Assembly (NCBI RefSeq): GCF_009914755.1
Contig: NC_060929.1
DNA length: 64,000 nucleotides
Strand: one strand, 5' to 3'
From: the human T2T-CHM13v2.0 reference genome, Homo sapiens
Under the pieces are notes generated by a model. The model saw only the letters and a program-made list of their open reading frames with translations. It was not told the DNA's origin and made no database searches. Below are positions 37,405 to 51,132 of this stretch, piece by piece. Position numbers and translations under genes: made by a program. Within the stretch, counting starts at the first letter, position 1, and each line of letters opens with the position of its first letter.

Positions 37405-38039
37405 TAATTTTTAAAATAACTCTGAGGTAGGCACTATTATCCTCACTTTATATTTGAGGAAACCCTCAAAGAGACTAAGTAAATAACTTAAAGTCTTTCA
37501 ACTAGTACGTGGCAGAATTATAATTAAAAACCTGTTTTTGCCACTATTGCATATTGTTAGAAGGCTGTTTCTTCTTGAGGCTGAGCTAAGAGAACATATA
37601 TCCATCCTACGTAACTTACAGTTCCCATTGTCTGTTCATTTGCCTATATTCTACTCACATTTCCTGCTTTCCATTCTTACTTATTTCTGTCCAACTAGAC
37701 CAAGAACATAATATTCTATACCCTGTCTCCCAAACTTCTAAGTCATGGATTTGTTTTAACCTCCTGCTATGCTCATTTAGCTAGGTATCATTTATGAATA
37801 TTTTCTTCTCATTTTCGTACCCATTCTCAAGTCTAATTCATTGATGACTCAGTCACGTCAGTAGTTTCTCCATTACCATGGCAATACCTTCCTGAATATG
37901 AGAATAAACATATATCCTGACTTAATTCCTTTGGCTCACTCTGTGAATTCTTTACCACTTTTGAACACTGTAAATGTACCTTTGAGAACTTCTTTGTTGC
38001 CAGTTTGATTTAAAAACAAAACAAAAAAATGTTACTGAC

Positions 38040-38659
38040 TGTTCCAGTTATCTGTTGCTGTGTAACAAACTACTCCCCATACTTAGTGTGGTTTTAAAAT
38101 AACAGCCATTTTCCTATGTCTCACGATTTTGTGGGTCAGGAATTTAGGCAGGGCTTGGCTTTGTTCATGTGGTGGTGATGGAGGTTACTTGGAGGTATTC
38201 AGCTGGTAGATGGGCTGGCCAGAATAGTTCCAGATGGCTTTACCCATATAAGTGCCGCCTTGGTAGAGACAGCCAAAAGGCTCGATTCAGCGGAGACATC
38301 ATGTGTAGCATCTGCATACAGCATCATCAGCATGGCTTTTTCATGGTCATGTGATATTTAACATAGTGGATCAGGGTTTCCAAAAAGTATTGTCAACATG
38401 CTTATTTGAAAGCTGTAAGATTTCTTATCACCTAGCCCCTTTCTGCTGCATTTTATTCACCATGCATGTCACAAAGGTCAGCCCAGATTCAAAGGAGAGG
38501 AATTAGCCATTACCTCAATATGAGGACTAGCAAATAATTTGTGGTTTTTATTTTTTATTTTTGTGGGTACATAGTAAGTATATATATTTATGGGGTATGT
38601 GAGATATTTTGGTATAGGCATGCCATGAGTACTAATCATGTGGTTTTTAATCTGCCACA
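38040..38659 (-). mobile_element. MaLR solo LTR (MLT1H/I-like)
   Basis: tgttccagttatctgttgctgtgtaacaaac...gtgggtcaggaatttaggcagggc...aatctgccaca. Confidence 0.8.
38551..38638 (-). mobile_element. Very short L1MA-type 3' end insertion nested in the LTR
   Basis: ttttgtgggtacatagtaagtatatatatttatggggta; 11-bp TSD tgtggttttta at 38540-38550 and 38639-38649. Confidence 0.85.
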
Positions 38660-39149
38660 TTGAATTAAACCAATTATTTTAGATTGTGTAAATTCAAGTT
38701 GAAAAAAATTGGTAATAGGGCAAATGGTTTCATGTATTTTTTTACCGGGAACAAATTTAAACAGTTATTAGAATCAGAGCACCTATAATGGGAGTCAATT
38801 TTTCCTGAAGCTGAACCAAAATGTTTATTGGTTTGATTTGAAAGGAGAAGTTGGTTTTGTTGACGTTAGAACTATAAACACTTTTTCCTATAAATATGTA
38901 TATTCTCCCTCTAATATTTGCTTTATGATTAACAGTGTACTATCATCTGCTTTTGTATCACGACTTGAGTTCAAGAGTTGTAGGTGTATGAGATCTGAGA
39001 AAAGAAAGAATCCTCCACTCCATTTCATTTAATGTTATATTCTCACCAATTTATATAACACTTACATATTATAAGTATTGTTTTCTCAAGGAGGATACAG
39101 GCATATTTTACTGAGAGGAGAAAAGAATATCAAGGCGGATTTTTGGTTT

Positions 39150-39700
39150 AAAATGTTATTCATATTCTAAACTTGTAGATCATTATAAGGATTTTGCCTT
39201 TGCTCTGAAAAAGTCATTGAAGGATTTCAAAAAGAGTGACATGATCCAACCTGTATTTTAATAGAATCTCTGATTGCTATGTTTAACTGCCAAGGAGTGC
39301 AAGAGTGAAAAAGACCAATTAAGAGTCTGGGAAGGGAGCATGGTGGCTTGGAAATGGTCGAATTTTGGATATATTTTGAAGGTAGAGACTCACGATCCAA
39401 AAGTTGTGTAAAAAAGATAGGAGTCAAGGATAATAAGATTTTTGGCCAAAGGAACTGGACAAATGAGTTGTCTTTAATCAAAATTAGGAGTATTGTAGAA
39501 GAAGCACGAAGAACAGTATAAGGAATTTATTTTGGAAGTAAGTTTGAGATGGTTGTTAGACATCCAAATGGAGATATCAAATAGGCAGTTGGATATACCA
39601 GTCTGGAGTTCAGGAGAGAGGTCCAGGCTGGAGTCTTTAATATATATAGTGTTTAAAATCCTTGAGACATGGAAATCACCAAGGGAGAATAAAGTGGTAA
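39150..39700 (-). mobile_element. L2a fragment
   Basis: tagacatccaaatggagatatcaaataggcagttggatataccagtctggagttcaggagagaggtccaggctggag. Confidence 0.85.
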
Positions 39701-39702
39701 AG

Positions 39703-39813
39703 GAGACGGGTTTCGCCATGTTGGCCAGGCTAGTCTCAAAATCCTGGCCTCAGGTGATCCACCTGCCTCAGCCTCCCGAAGTAGATTACAGCCATGAGCC
39801 ACCATGCCCGGCT
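39703..39813 (-). mobile_element. AluS left-arm remnant
   Basis: gagacgggtttcgccatgttggccagg...accatgcccggct; no right arm and no tail. Confidence 0.85.
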
Positions 39814-41083
39814 GCAGTGATTTTTTTTTTTTAAATTTTCTACCACTTTCTTTCAATAAAACCATACTCGATGCACAAAAAGAGCAGGAAAGTCAGGAGA
39901 CTGGGAAGCTTTGCAACTAACTTTGAATGTGTGGTCTTGAACACGTAATTTCATCTTTTTCTTATCTGTAAAACGAAGAGATTGGACTAGATTATTTGTA
40001 AGATGCCTTCCTACTTTAATATATCAGTGAATCTTTTCAAAACAGGGTAATTATATTGAATGTAACTGTCATCCTAGGGTAAGTGAAGTAGTCTTTAACT
40101 ACATGCAGGTGACAGTTTGTAAGCTTGCTTAAAAACATGATTGCTTTGCCTATTCTTCTCAAGAAATTTTAGTCAAGTGCAAGTTAGAGCTAATTAATAC
40201 AACCAAATCACAGTGTTTGTTTTTGCATTCCCAGAAATTGTTAGTACTGTATATGATCAGTATGTACAATAAATGTTTTTACTAACTAAAAAAATTTCTT
40301 AAGGAAAAATATATTGACCTAAGGAGAAATGTTTAGAGCTAGATAAAGGAGATTAATATCTCTAGATGCAATTTTACTTTACAACGTTATTGAGGTATGA
40401 TCCGCTTAATATAAAGTTCACCTGTTTAAGTATACAATTTAATGGTTTCTAGTTTTAGAACCTTTTCATCAGTCCCCAAATTTTCCTCAAGCCTATTTGC
40501 AGTGAGTTCCCAACTCCCACAGCCCTCTCCAGTCCTGGCAACTACTGATCTGCTCTTTGTTTCTATAAATTTTTCTGGACATTTCATCTAAAAAGAATTA
40601 TATGTAGTATTTTGCATCTGGCTTCTTTCACTTTGCATGTTTTGAGGTTCATTTATGACATAACGTATCAGTATTTTGTTCTTTTTTATTGCTGAATGGT
40701 AGTTCATTGTATTATGATATTTTGTTTGTCTATACACTAGTTGGTAGATACTTATATAATTTCCAGTTTTTTACTTTTATGAGTAATACTTTTTTGAGCA
40801 TTCATGGAGAAATCTTTGTGTAGACATACGTTTTTATTTATCTTGGATACATTCCTAAGAATGGAATTGCTGGGTCATATGATAATTAACTTTTTAAGAA
40901 ACAGCCAAACTGTATTCCAGTGTGGCTGTATCATTTTACATTTCTACCAGCAGTGTGTAAGGGTTCAAGTTTCTCTACATCTTCACCAACAGTTAATAGT
41001 GTCTTTTTTTATAACATTATGACAGTTTAATGGATGTGTCATGGTATCATTGTGGTTTCAGTGAGAATATACCTAATGACTAA

Positions 41084-41205
41084 TGATACTGAGCACTTTT
41101 TTTTATATGTTTATAAGCCATTCACATGTGTTCTTTGGTGAAGTGATATTGAGCACTTTTTTTTGTATATTTATAAGCCATTCATATGTGTTCTTTGGTG
41201 AAGTG
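41084..41205. repeat. 60-bp tandem duplication (2 copies, 4 mismatches)
   Basis: Units 41084-41143 and 41144-41203 read directly. Confidence 0.95.
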
Positions 41206-41430
41206 TCTTAAGTAAGTTCTTTGCCCATTTTCAAAGTTGTGTTATCTTCTTGTTCACTAGTGAGAGTTCATTTAAATTCTGAATACAAGAGCTTCATCAG
41301 ATTTGTGATTTGGCAATATTTTCTCCCAGTCTATGGCTTGTCTTTTCATTTTCTTATTGATATCATTTGAACTATGAAAATTGTTAACTTTAATGAAATC
41401 CAGTTTATCAGTTTTATCTTTTATGGCTCA

Positions 41431-41484
41431 TGTTTTTGTTATCTAAGAACTCTGCCTTGTTTTTGTCATCTAAGAACTCTGCCT
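41431..41484. repeat. 27-bp tandem duplication (2 copies, 1 mismatch)
   Basis: tgtttttgt(t/c)atctaagaactctgcct twice. Confidence 0.95.
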
Positions 41485-43147
41485 GACCTAAGGTCACAGA
41501 TGTTTTCTCCTATATTTTCCTTTAGATGGTTTATAGTTTAAGCTCATACATTTAGGTATTTGATCCATTTGAATTAATTTTTGTGTATGGTATAAGTTAA
41601 TGGTCTGTTTTTAAATTTATTTTTGCATGTAAATGTCCAGTTATCTAAAAATCATTTGTTGACAAGACTGTCTTTTATTCCATTGAATTTTGTGGGCATC
41701 TTTGTGAAAAATCTAACATAAATACAAAGATTTATTTCTGGACTCTAGATTCTCTTCATTGATCAATCCGTATACCTGTCCTTATATTAATAGCACACAA
41801 TCTTGATTACTGTAGCTTCATAGTAAGTTTTGAAATTGGGTAGTATAAGTTCTCCAACTTTTTTCTTCACTAAATTATTTTGGCTATTCTAGATCCTTTG
41901 TATTTTCCTATAAAGTTAGGATCAGCTTATTTCTATGGAAAAAAAACAGCTGGGATTTTGAAAAAGATTATGTTGAATCTATAGATCAATTTGAAGAGAA
42001 TTACCATATTAACAATTTTGAGTCTTCTAATTTATGAGCATGGAATGTTTTAGATCTTTTTGGCTCAGCAGTGTCTTATAACAGTGTGCAAATACAAATC
42101 TTATACTGATTTTTAAAAATTTATTCCCAAATATTCTTCATGGTCCTAGTTTGAATGGAATTGTTTTCTTAATTTCATTTTTGCATTTTTGCTAGAATAT
42201 AGAAATACAACTGATTTTTGTATGTTGATTTTCTATCTTGTGATCTAGCTGAGCTTTTTTTTGATTCTAGTTGTTCGTTGGTGGTTTCTTAGGATTTTCT
42301 ACATACTGGACAGTGTCATCTGATAATGCAGTTTCATTTCTTCCTGTCTAATCTGAATGCATTTAATATCTTTTTAAGTTTTTTTCTTAAAATGTGTTAC
42401 TTTTTGGTGTTTTGCTGTACTAACTAAAACCTACAGGACAATATTCAGTGGAAGGAATAAGAACAGGCATTTTTGTTTTTCTCCTGATAGGGAAGTTAGC
42501 TGTAGAATTTTCATAGATGCTCTTTATTAGGTTGAAGAAGAGCCTTTTTATTTCTAATTTTTGAGAGTTTTAAAAAATAGTGGTTGTTGGATTTTGTCAA
42601 GTGTTTTTCTGTGTCTTTCAAAATGGTCATGTAGCTTTAGTTGCTATTTCTATTAATAAGATGTTTTACATTAATTTATTTTTAGATGGTTAACCACCCT
42701 TGCATTCACAGGATAAATCCCATTTGGTCATAATGTGTAGTCATTTTTATATGTTGATGAATTTGGTTTGCCAGTTTTTAAAAAATAATTTTTGTATGTG
42801 TGTTCATGAGGGATATTGGTCTGTAGTTTTCTTGCATTGTCTCTGTCTGGCTTTGGTGATACCAGACTCAGCTGGGAAATATTCTCTAGTTTATAAAACA
42901 GTTTATAAAAGTTTGCTATTCTTTCTTATATATTTCATAAAAATCATTGGTGAGATCGTCTGTGCCTAGGCTTTCTTAGTGTGAAGATTTTTAATAAGTA
43001 GTTCAGTTTTCTTATTTGTTAGGGATCTATTCAGAGTTTCTATTTCTTGTTGAGTCTGTTCTGGTAATTTGTCTTTTGAAGAATTTCCTTTTTTTTTAAT
43101 ATAAGTTGTGTAATTTGTTGGCTTAAAGTTAATATTCCCTTTTAATT

Positions 43148-43448
43148 CTTTCTTTTTTTATTTTTTTGAAAAGGAGTCTCACTCTGTCACCCAGGCTGGA
43201 GTGCAGTGGTGTGATCTCGGCTCACTGCAGCCTCTGCCTCCTAGGCTCAAGTGATCTTCCCACCTAACCCTCCTGAGAAACTAAGACCACAGGTGCATGC
43301 CACCATGCCTGGCTAATTTTTGTATTTTCTATAGAGACGAGGTTTTTCCTTGTTGCCCAGGTTGCTCTCGAACTCCTGGACTCAAATGATCTGCCCACCT
43401 TGGCCTGGAAAGTGCTGGGATTATAGGCATGAGCCATCACACCGGGCC
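43148..43448 (-). mobile_element. AluJb
   Basis: ggctcaagtgatc and ggactcaaatgatc arms; 13-bp TSD ttcccttttaatt at 43135-43147 and 43449-43461. Confidence 0.92.
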
Positions 43449-44610
43449 TTCCCTTTTAATTTCTAAAGTATTGGTAGTGATTTCCTCTCCTTCATTTCTG
43501 ATTTTGGTAATTTGTGTCTGTTCTCTCTTACTTTCCTGATCATTCTATTTAAGACATTGTCAATTTTGTTGATTATTTTTTAAGAACTAATTTTTGAATT
43601 CATTCGTATGTCTCTGGTTTTTTTTTTTTTTGTTTATTTTTACTTTTATCTTTATTTTTTTCTTCTTCCTGTTTTTGATTTTGTTTACACTTTTTCTAGT
43701 TTCTTAAGGTATGGAAGCATAAATACTGATTCGAGGCTGTTCTTTCTAATATGGGCATTTAAAGCTATAAATATTCCTATAAAACTGCTTTAGCTGTATC
43801 CCATGAAGTTTAATATGTTGTGATTTCATTTTCATGCAGTTTTAAGTATTTAATTTCTCTCATGATTTCTTCTTTGACCCATTGATTTTCTCAGATTTCT
43901 TTCGGTTATGGGTTTTAATTTTATTCTTTTGTTGTCAGGGAACACCCTTTATATGATTTGTTGTAAATTTAATGAGATTTATTTCATGGTCCAGCATGTG
44001 ATCAATTTTGGAGAATGTTCTTGTATGCTTAAAAGGCATTGAGTATTCTGTGGTCTTTGGGTGGAGTGTTCTGTAAACTTAAGTTAGGTCATTTTGGCTG
44101 ATAGTGTTGCTGAAGTTTTTTACATCATTGTTAATTTTCTCTCTAGTTATATTTATCATTCAGTTCTGTCGGTTTGTGCTTCATATATGTGGCAACTTCG
44201 TTGTTAGGTATGAATACATGTATAAACGTTATATCTTCCTTATGTACTGACTCTATCATTATGAAATATCCCTCTTTTTCTTTATTACTATTTATCTTCA
44301 AGTCTGTTTCATCTGCTGTTAATAGCCATTCCAGCTTTTTTATTGTTTCTGTTTGTATGGAGTATATTTTCTATTATTTTACTTTCAACCTATTTGTATC
44401 TTTGAATCAAAGAGTGTCTTTTGTAGAAGTATATAATTGGGTCTTGTTATTTGAACCAATATGATAGTTTTTGGCTTTTGATTGTCATATTTAGCCTATT
44501 CCCATTTAATGTGATTTTTGATATGGGTGAATTTACTTATGCCATTCTTCCTTTACTGCCTTCTTTTGTGTTAAATATTCTTTTAGTGTACTATTTAAAT
44601 TCCTCTGCTG

Positions 44611-44820
44611 TTTTTTTTTTTTTTTTTTTTTTTTTAAAGAACAGGATCTCATTCTGTTGCCCAGGCTGAAGTGTATTGGCTATTCACAACTGCCATCATA
44701 GCATACTACAGACTCACACTCTCTGCTCAAGTGATCCTTTCACTTCAGCCTTGTGAGTAGCTGGGAGTACAGGCATATAGGAGTACATTGGAGTACAGGT
44801 GTACGCTACTGCATGCAGCT
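44611..44820 (-). mobile_element. FAM (fossil Alu monomer)
   Basis: Single arm carrying the 7SL-like ggctattcaca segment that dimeric Alus lack; long poly-T. Confidence 0.75.
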
Positions 44821-46779
44821 CTCTTGATTTTTTTTAAAACAACTTTTTAGAGTTATTTCCTTGGAGGTTACTGTAGGGATTACAATATGCTTCTTAATTT
44901 ATCACAATCTACTTGTATAGTTAAATTTTTATTCCAGTATAGTAGTAGAAAAACTCTTCCTTTAATAAAGTTTAAAGTAGATAAGTTTTTAAAAACATAC
45001 TGTTTTTTAAAAATGTACTGTTTTTAAAATCCTAATTTTTATACTTAGTTATTTTTAGCAGTGTCATATTGAATTCTGTTACGAGTTTCATGGTTACTTA
45101 TAATAACCAGTTTCCTCATTACATAGTAGAATGGTATTTTTCCAATTTGAACTCTTAATTTTAAATTTTCTTCTACCTTTAAAATTCTGTGATTCTGTTT
45201 GGTCAAAAGGGTCTGTGGAAATAATACTTGATATGTTTATATAGTGGTTATTCAAAACTTACTCATATATTATTTGCTGACATCTGATGAGATATAGTTC
45301 TAGAGACATTTTTTATTTCTGGACTTTAGTCTTGGATGGATGAAAATTTGATCCGATTTCAGGAAAGAAAAGGATTATAAATTAGAATCCATAACATGGT
45401 AAAAGAAGTTTGTTTTTAATGTCAATCTAATGGTAATTTTTGATCATTTAATTTTTTAATTTAATTAAATCTAAGGCTGAGCAGATTTTTCTGTATGGTT
45501 TCAGACACCAGTAGTGAAAATTACCCAATTCCATTTAATTCGGTAGCAGTAAGATACCAGTTGGCTTTTATTGATTAATCTTCCTTGCTCCTTCATCAAC
45601 TATACCATATTTATATTTTATAAGTAAAAAGTTACTCATATTGCTAGCTTTTTGTGGATCTGTTTTGGATTTTATTCTCAATTTTCCCAAGGATTTTTAC
45701 ATTTTCAGTCCATGTAAAACTTCAACTCTTATTTTTCTTAATAAGAGTATGGGGGGGTGGGCAGTTTCTATAATTAACTGATAGGTCTCTGTTAAAATGA
45801 GGTTCTCTTTCTAATAAAAAACAAATGTGACGTGGCTAATGTAAGTTTAACATGTAAAGATCATGGTATTAAGATCACTTGATTTATGTTTGTATATGAC
45901 CACCTGGTGTCATCATTTTAACTACATGAACTTGCTCAGCATCCAGATTTCACACTCTTTAACTTAGTGTTTGATTGTGTAAGACGTTGTGTTTTTTATC
46001 TAATACATTCTCTAGCAGTGTTATATTTTATTTCAACCTGGTAACCATATGACCAGCATTGTGCTAGGTATTATGGAAAGATTTCAAAAATTAATTTTTA
46101 AAAATTAATGAGACAAGATTCTGTACCTAAGGTGCCAGTGAAATGATTTGATAGAATGTAATTATGCATGACTGGATGCTGACTTTGTGTGCATCTAATA
46201 CAGAAATTCATTAAAGGAAAAGATTGTAAAGTAAAATGGTAGGTAGAGGATGGTTTCCAGGAAGAGTTGGAACTTGAAGGATGGTAAGTGAAATGATAGA
46301 GGAATAGAGGATAGATAGATTTTTGTCTAGGTGTCATGATAAAATAGTAACATAGACAGTCCTTGATTTACAGTGGGTCAACTTTACAGTTTAGATTACT
46401 AATGAATGGGAGCAATGGTAGAAATTATAAGATTACAGATAGTGGCTTTTCATTTTAGAAATATTTGAGCACTAACATTTTAAGGGGAAATGATTGTCAC
46501 ATTGACACATTCATACATTGGTACTGTAAGAATTTGTAGTGCCAAAAAAGAATCATGAATGAATTCCCACATAATGAAGCTATGAAGAACTTTCAGAGGC
46601 CATGGAAATAAATGAATTTTTGAAGAGCTATAGGTAGACCTAAGTAGCTAGAGTTAAGAAATTATCAAAGATAATGAACCACTGGAGAAAGTGGAGTCAG
46701 TAGAGTCAATCTAAGGTACAAGAAAGAAGATTGAGTCACAGAAACCAAAGAATGAGTTACCAGATAGAAGGACTCACAC

Positions 46780-47370
46780 TCACCATGCGCGTTGAATGTT
46801 GCAATACTGTTTCTCTTCTCTTCAGTGTCCCTCTTTTCCTCCTTGTAGCTTAAATTCAAAGGTCATTTAATCATTTCCTTGCATACAAATACCTTCAGTT
46901 CCTTCGCTCCTCTCTGTTTTGGCAAAACCACAGCTTTGGTTAAATCTCACCCTTGCAGCTAAGTGGGACTGGAAAATAATTCAAAAAACATAATGACTGG
47001 TCTCACTTTAAAGGCAGTGGGCTCTTAATGTTACCCAGCAATTGTACCACACTTCTTTGATCCATTCACTCTCCTAGATGATTGTTTCATTCTTTTTCCT
47101 CTCCTGAAAACCTCCAACATCTCTTCTTCATCAAGGCAATCAGAAAAGTTTTCACAAGTACCTGACATCACATTTGTCCTCCTATTCTTTGTTAAACCTA
47201 CTCTAAACAGGTTTCTGCTCTTCTGTCCCACCGTTTTCAAAATGGGTCTTCTCTAAGTCACCAGTAACTTGCATCAAGTCTAGTGATCAGTTCTCAGACT
47301 TCAAGATTCAGTGACCAGTTGATGACTCCTTTGGTATTGAGGGCTCTCTTCGTTGTGCTTCTAAGGTACC
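46780..47370 (+). mobile_element. L2 internal fragment
   Basis: gcaaaaccacagctttggttaaatc; tgactggtctcactttaaa; ctaagtcaccagtaacttgc. Confidence 0.6.
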
Positions 47371-47470
47371 ATATTGTATTAGAATTGCTGTATCAATACC
47401 AGTGCCAACACAGAACACACAATATCCAAGGTTTCTTTTCAGTTCTTTTTGTTCTTAGAATATATTCCAG

Positions 47471-47921
47471 TATATTAGTTTCCTAGGACTGCTATAACAA
47501 CTTATAATACCATAAAGCTGGTGACTTAAAACAACAGAGATTTATTCTCTCACAGTTCAAGGGGCCAGAAGTCCAAACCAAAATGTCAGCATGCCTATTC
47601 ACCTTCCAAAGGCTCTAGGAAAGAGTCTTTCCTTGCCTCTTCCAGCTATGGTAGTGGCTCCAGGGATTCCTTAACTTGTGGCTACCTAAAACCCCAGTCT
47701 CTGACTCTATCCCTACATGGCTCCCTTTGTGTGTCTGTCTCTTTCTTCTATCTTATATAAGGATGTGTGTCATTAGATTTAGGGACCATCCAAAATGATC
47801 TCATCTTGAGATCCTTTATTACATTGGCAAAGACGCTTTTTCCAAATAAGGTGACATTTATGGGCTCCCAGTGGACTTATTTGCAGGGGGTTGAGGGTTT
47901 CACATTTCAATAAACTATTCA
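47471..47921 (-). mobile_element. MaLR solo LTR (MLT1C-like)
   Basis: attagtttcctaggactgctataacaa...ttaaaacaacagagatttattctctcacagttc...tttttccaaataaggtgacatt. Confidence 0.85.
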
Positions 47922-48096
47922 GTAATTGCATAGTTATAGTCCTGTCATCAAAGTTACTTGAATTAAATTTTTCTGTGTGATTATGGTATTATTTGATATA
48001 TAGTTGGGTTTGTTTGTTGCTGTTTGTGTTCAGTTTTAGGATTTGCTTTTTCATCCAATAATCATAATACTGATTTTTGAGTATATATAACATACA

Positions 48097-48429
48097 CAGT
48101 CATGCACCATATGATGACATTTGGTCAACAACAGACCATAATGACCTACAGGTCCTACAGGATTTTAATACCATATTTTTACTGTACCTTTTCTATGTTT
48201 AGATACACAAATACTGTTGTGTTACAGTTGGCTACGTATACAGTACAATAACATGCTGTATAGGTTTGTAGCCTAGGAGCAATAGGCTATACCAGTAGCA
48301 ATAGGTGCGTAGTAGGCTATAACATCTAGGTTTGTGTAGGTACATTCTGTTATATTTGCACAGTGATGAAATTGCCTAATGGTACATTTCTCAGAACGTT
48401 TGTCCCTGTCATTATGTGACCCATAACTG
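48097..48429. mobile_element. Tigger3a/MER7-like non-autonomous DNA transposon
   Basis: Terminal inverted repeats cagtcatgc / cataactg; internal gtttgtagcctaggagcaataggctatacc. Confidence 0.85.
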
Positions 48430-49814
48430 TGTGTAGCTCAGAGGTCAAAGTTATATTAGGAGGATATGCCCAGAATTCTCACTACCATCCCATTTTACCT
48501 TCCTTGTGGATAACCATTTCATGACTACTTTCAAGTTTATCTTGACCTAACAAGTAAGTCTGATTGATTAACCTCATCTTAATCATGGGACAAAAACAAG
48601 CAGACTCCTCAAAGTTCCATATTTAAAATGGTGATAACGAGACTTAACTCATTGGATTATATTGAAGATTAAATGGAAAAAAAAAAAAGTAAAACAACTA
48701 GCACAGTGCCTGGCACATAGTAGATATAATTTCCTTTTTTCCCTTCTGTACCTCATAATATAGGCTATGTATTGCCTACAATTAGGGAGGCTAATCAGTT
48801 TGTTCACATATAGCCTTTTCTTTCTATAAAGGAGAATTTGTGATATATTAAACAGGCATTATAAAATATTACCCAGAAGTTTTATCAATTTTTTGGCTTT
48901 CAGCTCCTGAAACTATAGATAGCATTTATCTATAGTTAGTAGCACTAGTTTTAAAATTTGGAATCTTGGTCCTCTCATTCATTTATGTATTACAGCAGAG
49001 TCAGACTTATTTTAAAAACAATTCTAACCTGCCTGAGGCTTCTGTCTAGAAGTGGAATGTATTTTGGGTAAGCTTCTTAAACTTCATAAAATCACCTTCT
49101 CATTTATTCCTTGCCTTAATTAATAAAACATGTACTTCTGCTCTTAATGACCTTCAGCCATATACTCTTGACATTCTAAATTTTTCTAACACCCAATTTT
49201 GAGAAAATGTATTAATAGAGGACTGACTAAAGGTTGGCATTCTCTGCATTCCTCTGAATATTTCAAATTTTACTTTTAGGTTAAACCATACCGTTGGAGA
49301 TCTGTGTGCATGGATTGCATGATTTTGACCTCTTGTTAACTTTGCATTTGCTGGATTGTACTTTCAGGATGTGATTTTTTTTTTTCCCAAGAAAAGAGAA
49401 GAAAAGGAGAAGTTGCCTAAAACAGATCTTTAGTTTTTTTAGGAATGCTATTAAGGACCTTCTCCATTATGTCATCCAACGTCTTTCTGAGGACTTACTA
49501 GTGAAATTACTCTCAGATTTCTGCATCTTGGAAATGCTGTACTTCTGAACAACTACTAATTCACTTTTATTTTATACACATATTTTCTTCTTTGCCTTAC
49601 TAACAAGGAGACTTAAGCCTTATTTTAGGACCAACTCTTGGAGTTTGGAGAACAATGTGTGTTTCTGTGTGCCATTTTTATTTTCGATATCAAAATGTAT
49701 TGTTTGCCCTGAATCTTTCCCCTGTTTATTTTTAGTCATATGTATGCATCAGAATTATCTGAAGCACTTATTAAATACCAGCTCCCATCCCTGAAAACCT
49801 TGGGTTCAGCGGGT

Positions 49815-50075
49815 ATAATAGATTGCATTAATAGCACCGGTTGTTTGCCATGTGACCACACCATTTACCCCCTGCTCCTAAAGGGGCAGATTATATTTCC
49901 TTGCCCCCTGACTTTGGATTTGCTCATAGGACTTACTTTGGTTTTAGTGGGCGTGACATGACCAAAGGCTTGAATAGCACTGGCAGGATTAGGCTTGTAC
50001 TTTTGTGCCTCTATTGTCTCCAAAAGACCATGTCCAGCCTGGCCCACTGGTTCCGGGAGAAGGGTTGAGAGACTG
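49815..50075 (+). mobile_element. MaLR LTR 5' part (MLT1H/J-like)
   Basis: atttccttgccccctgactttggatttgctcataggacttactttgg. Confidence 0.6.
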
Positions 50076-50823
50076 TAGTTTTAGGCCAGTACGTATTGAA
50101 GTATTTAGGGGAATGAACTTTGATGTTGTCACCTCTTAAATGGTTCAGGGAGGCACACACCACACACACACACACACCCCCGACCACCACCACCACACCA
50201 CGAGTGAGAAAGGGAAAGACGAGGAAAGAGTGTGATTATTTAAGCAGATGGAGCAAAATGTAAGCAACTGGTGAATCTGGTTAAAGATTATGGTAGTTTC
50301 TTGACTAATTATGTAATTTTTTGAGTTTGAAATTATATCAAAAGTAAATGTTATCTCTTCCACCTAAAAATGTAAAAACATTTAAAACCTTAAGAAAATT
50401 GTTCTGCAAAGTTTCTAAATCAGCTAGTTTGAACATTAAACTTTGTTCAGTGATAAAAATCTATACTAATGAACTAGGTACTGTCCAGAATACACAGACT
50501 ATTACTGTTTTTTAAAATTTTTAATTTTGAAATAATGTAAATCCATAGGAAGTTGGGAAAAAGTATACAAGGAGGTCGTCACCCAGCTTCTCACAATAAT
50601 ACAATTTTACATAACTGTATTACAGCTTCAAAACCAGGAAACTGACGTTGATACAATCCGGGAGCTTGTTCATATTTAACCAGCTGGATATGTACTGTTG
50701 TGTGCGTGTACAGCAGGTGTGTGTGTGTACAGTTGTGTGTACATATAGTTATGTGTAACAGTACCACACTCAACTTACTATTCTATCACTGTAAACACTA
50801 CTTCAGGTGGTATCTCTTCATAA

Positions 50824-51132
<309 letters not shown>

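Larger units (their letters stand above)
40372..44940 (-). mobile_element. Old L1M (MB8/ME1-like) LINE, about 4.5 kb, with nested AluJ and FAM
   Basis: Antisense 3' end ttattgaggtatga...aagttcacctgtttaagtatacaattt, followed by continuous degenerate antisense ORF2 sequence. Confidence 0.88.

Noticed and set aside
37845-37860. Adjacent AP-1 (TGACTCA) and CRE-like (TCACGTCA) motifs, plus other scattered AP-1 heptamers
   Set aside because: Several 7-mer hits are expected by chance in 64 kb, and there is no independent evidence for an enhancer.
41084-41205. Repeated 60-mer as a CRISPR-like array
   Set aside because: Only two adjacent copies with no spacers, inside an L1, in a primate genome.
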